Source: Flavobacteriaceae bacterium
GTDB taxonomy: Bacteria > Bacteroidota > Bacteroidia > Flavobacteriales > Flavobacteriaceae
Assembly: GCA_024763365.1 (NCBI GenBank)
Contig: JANTFO010000001.1
Coordinates: 14,241 to 78,240, forward strand
Direction: 5' to 3'
Length of the DNA: 64,000 bases
The notes beneath the pieces are model-generated. The model did no database searches, was not told the DNA's origin, and was given only the letters and a program-made list of their open reading frames with translations. Made by a program: the position numbers and the translations under genes. Shown in pieces: positions 62,357-64,000 of this stretch (position 1 is the first letter of the stretch; every line of letters begins with the position of its first letter).

Positions 62357-63388
62357 ATGAATAAAAAAGAAATACAAGAACTCCAAGCGCTTTTAGTGCA
62401 ACCCCAAAAGATTGTATTAATCCCTCATAAAAATGCAGATGGTGATGCTATTGGCTCTGCATTGGCATTGTTTCATTTTTTTAGGGAACAGCAACACCAG
62501 GTGCAGGTCATCAGCCCCAATAATTATCCCGGTTTTTTGAAATGGATGCCGGGTAGTAAAGAGGTATTATTTTTTGATTATCAGGAATCTTTGTGTATAC
62601 GTCTTATTCAAGAGGCAAATTTAATTTTCTTGTTGGACTTCAATGAGTTAAGTAGAGTAGGAGAGGATATGAAACGAGCATTGAAAACCTACCAAGGTAC
62701 TTTTGTTATGATAGATCACCACCAGCAACCATCAGATGTAGCCCGTTATTTATATTCTGACACAAAAGCCTGTGCCACAGCAGAATTGGTCTACAAATTT
62801 ATCGATAAAATGGGTGCTCTAGATAGTATTAATGCCGATATAGCTACTTGTTTATATACTGGCATTTTGACTGACTCGGGTTCGTTTAGGTTTCCCGCTA
62901 CTACACCGGAAACCCATAGAATTGTCGCAAATTTGATGGAAAAAGGAGCTGAGCATTCAAGTATATATGGTAAGATATTTGATAATAATACCTACGACCG
63001 TATGCAACTTTTAGGAAATGCCCTGAAAAATATGCAGTTTTTACCCGATTATAAAACGGCTTATATGTATATCAAAGAAGCCGATAAAGAAAAATTCAAT
63101 TTTCAAAAAGGTGATACTGAAGGTTTTGTAAACTATGCTTTGGCCTTACAGGGGGTGGTTTTTGCAATCATTTTTATTGAAGATAATGAACAGAGTATTA
63201 TTAAGATTTCTTTTAGGTCTAAAGGCAGCTTCTCAGTAAATCAATTTGCCAGAAAACACTTCAATGGTGGTGGTCATGACAATGCAGCAGGTGGCCGATC
63301 ATCATTGACTTTACAAAAAACCATCAAACAATTTTTGACTATTTTACCCACTTATAAACAAGATTTATATGCTTCAGAAGAGAATTAA
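62357..63388 (+). CDS. nrnA: DHH-family phosphoesterase (NrnA-like oligoribonuclease/pAp phosphatase)
   Basis: Motifs HKNADGDAIGS, MIDHHQ, GILTDSGSF and the DHHA1 motif GGGH. Confidence 0.85.
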   Translation: MNKKEIQELQALLVQPQKIVLIPHKNADGDAIGSALALFHFFREQQHQVQVISPNNYPGFLKWMPGSKEVLFFDYQESLCIRLIQEANLIFLLDFNELSRVGEDMKRALKTYQGTFVMIDHHQQPSDVARYLYSDTKACATAELVYKFIDKMGALDSINADIATCLYTGILTDSGSFRFPATTPETHRIVANLMEKGAEHSSIYGKIFDNNTYDRMQLLGNALKNMQFLPDYKTAYMYIKEADKEKFNFQKGDTEGFVNYALALQGVVFAIIFIEDNEQSIIKISFRSKGSFSVNQFARKHFNGGGHDNAAGGRSSLTLQKTIKQFLTILPTYKQDLYASEEN

Positions 63389-63911
63389 TTTGTTATTGTT
63401 GGTTTTGTTTGCTGTGGTAAGTTGTAAGCAAGTGACACCCAGGAGGCCTGTTTCTCATACCGGAAAAATCAATATGAATGAGTCCATACAATTTAATAAA
63501 AATTTGTTGAACTTTGAAAATGAGCAGTTTAAACAACTTATGGAAGTGGATAGTTTACAGACCTATCATCAATCTAATCTCGGATTTTGGTATGCCTATT
63601 TAGATCAAAACGAAGTTGACACCTATACTCCCAAAACAGGTGATGATGTGAAATTAACATACGAAGTACTCTCTATAGAAGGTGACCTTATTTATTCAAA
63701 AGAGGAAATTGGCGTATTAGATTATTTGGTTGACCAACAGGAGTTGATTCAGGGATTACAGGAAGGGATTAAATTGATGAAAAAAAACGAAAAAGTCCTA
63801 TTTTTGTTGCCATCCCAGAAAGCTTATGCCTTTCATGGAGATGAAAAAAAGATAGGACCGAATACCCCTTTGATCATTAAAATGGAATTATTATCAATTA
63901 AAAATCATTAA
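63369..63911 (+). CDS. gldI: FKBP-type peptidyl-prolyl isomerase lipoprotein, GldI-like
   Basis: 180 aa with lipobox VVSC and a C-terminal FKBP fold (...GLQEGIKLMKKNEKVLFLLPSQKAYAFHGD...). Size and context fit the gliding-motility GldI of Flavobacteriia. The symbol is tentative. Confidence 0.55.
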   Translation: MLQKRINLLLLVLFAVVSCKQVTPRRPVSHTGKINMNESIQFNKNLLNFENEQFKQLMEVDSLQTYHQSNLGFWYAYLDQNEVDTYTPKTGDDVKLTYEVLSIEGDLIYSKEEIGVLDYLVDQQELIQGLQEGIKLMKKNEKVLFLLPSQKAYAFHGDEKKIGPNTPLIIKMELLSIKNH

Positions 63912-63920
63912 ATAACTTTT

Positions 63921-64000
63921 TATGAAAAGACAAACAATATTTTTATTATTGGCGACAATTAGCTTGTTTTTTTCTTGTAAAACAGCTAAGTACCAAAATT
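63921..64000 (+). CDS. lipoprotein, N-terminal fragment (continues beyond the window)
   Basis: MKRQTIFLLLATISLFFSCKTAKYQ... has a signal peptide with a lipobox. Only 26 codons are visible. Confidence 0.3.

Noticed and set aside
1-64000. tRNA, rRNA, tmRNA, RNase P or riboswitch genes in the larger gaps (5153-5410, 14450-14610, 28724-28922, 48830-49133, 52582-52797).
   Set aside because: I found no T-loop or acceptor-like motifs (such as ggttcgaatcc-type sequence) and no recognisable conserved riboswitch cores by eye. A covariance-model scan would be needed to exclude them formally.

Overview
AT-rich chromosomal window from a Bacteroidota, most likely Flavobacteriia. Supporting evidence: a T9SS type-B C-terminal sorting domain cargo next to a PorP/SprF gene, a GldI-like FKBP lipoprotein, DUF1573 and DUF3276 proteins, TAnnTTTG-type -7 boxes, and no Shine-Dalgarno motifs before start codons. 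About 90% of the window is syntenic housekeeping: the tail of the ribosomal-protein cluster (rplO-secY-infA-rpmJ-rpsM-rpsK-rpsD-rpoA-rplQ), ychF, topoisomerase IV parE/parC, the rod-shape operon mreBCD-mrdA-rodA, purH, prfA, uppS-bamA-skp-skp, murI, valS, nusB-DUF1573-yajC-ybbR-coaE, an M1 peptidase, a cysteine desulfurase, a POT peptide transporter, ndk, a PhoD-like phosphatase and nrnA-gldI. Accessory content is small: a MazEF-type toxin-antitoxin pair; a large T9SS adhesin-like cargo with PorP/SprF; a decayed type I restriction-modification islet (ORF6N gene plus an HsdM N-terminal stub) between parC and rodA; an orphan HigA-family antitoxin; and a five-gene LolA-like/FtsX/FtsX/ATPase/barrel envelope cluster that converges on a two-component system. 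I saw no tRNA, rRNA, CRISPR array, transposase or integrase. I cannot point to a convincing new multi-gene system. The most unusual signal I can read directly is non-coding. Many intergenic spacers, including spacers inside an apparent operon, are built from phased 7-, 8- or 11-nt oligonucleotide word arrays. These often run right up to a start codon, sometimes occur as inverted arm pairs, and share words between distant loci. All homology calls come from motif recognition by eye, not from database searches.
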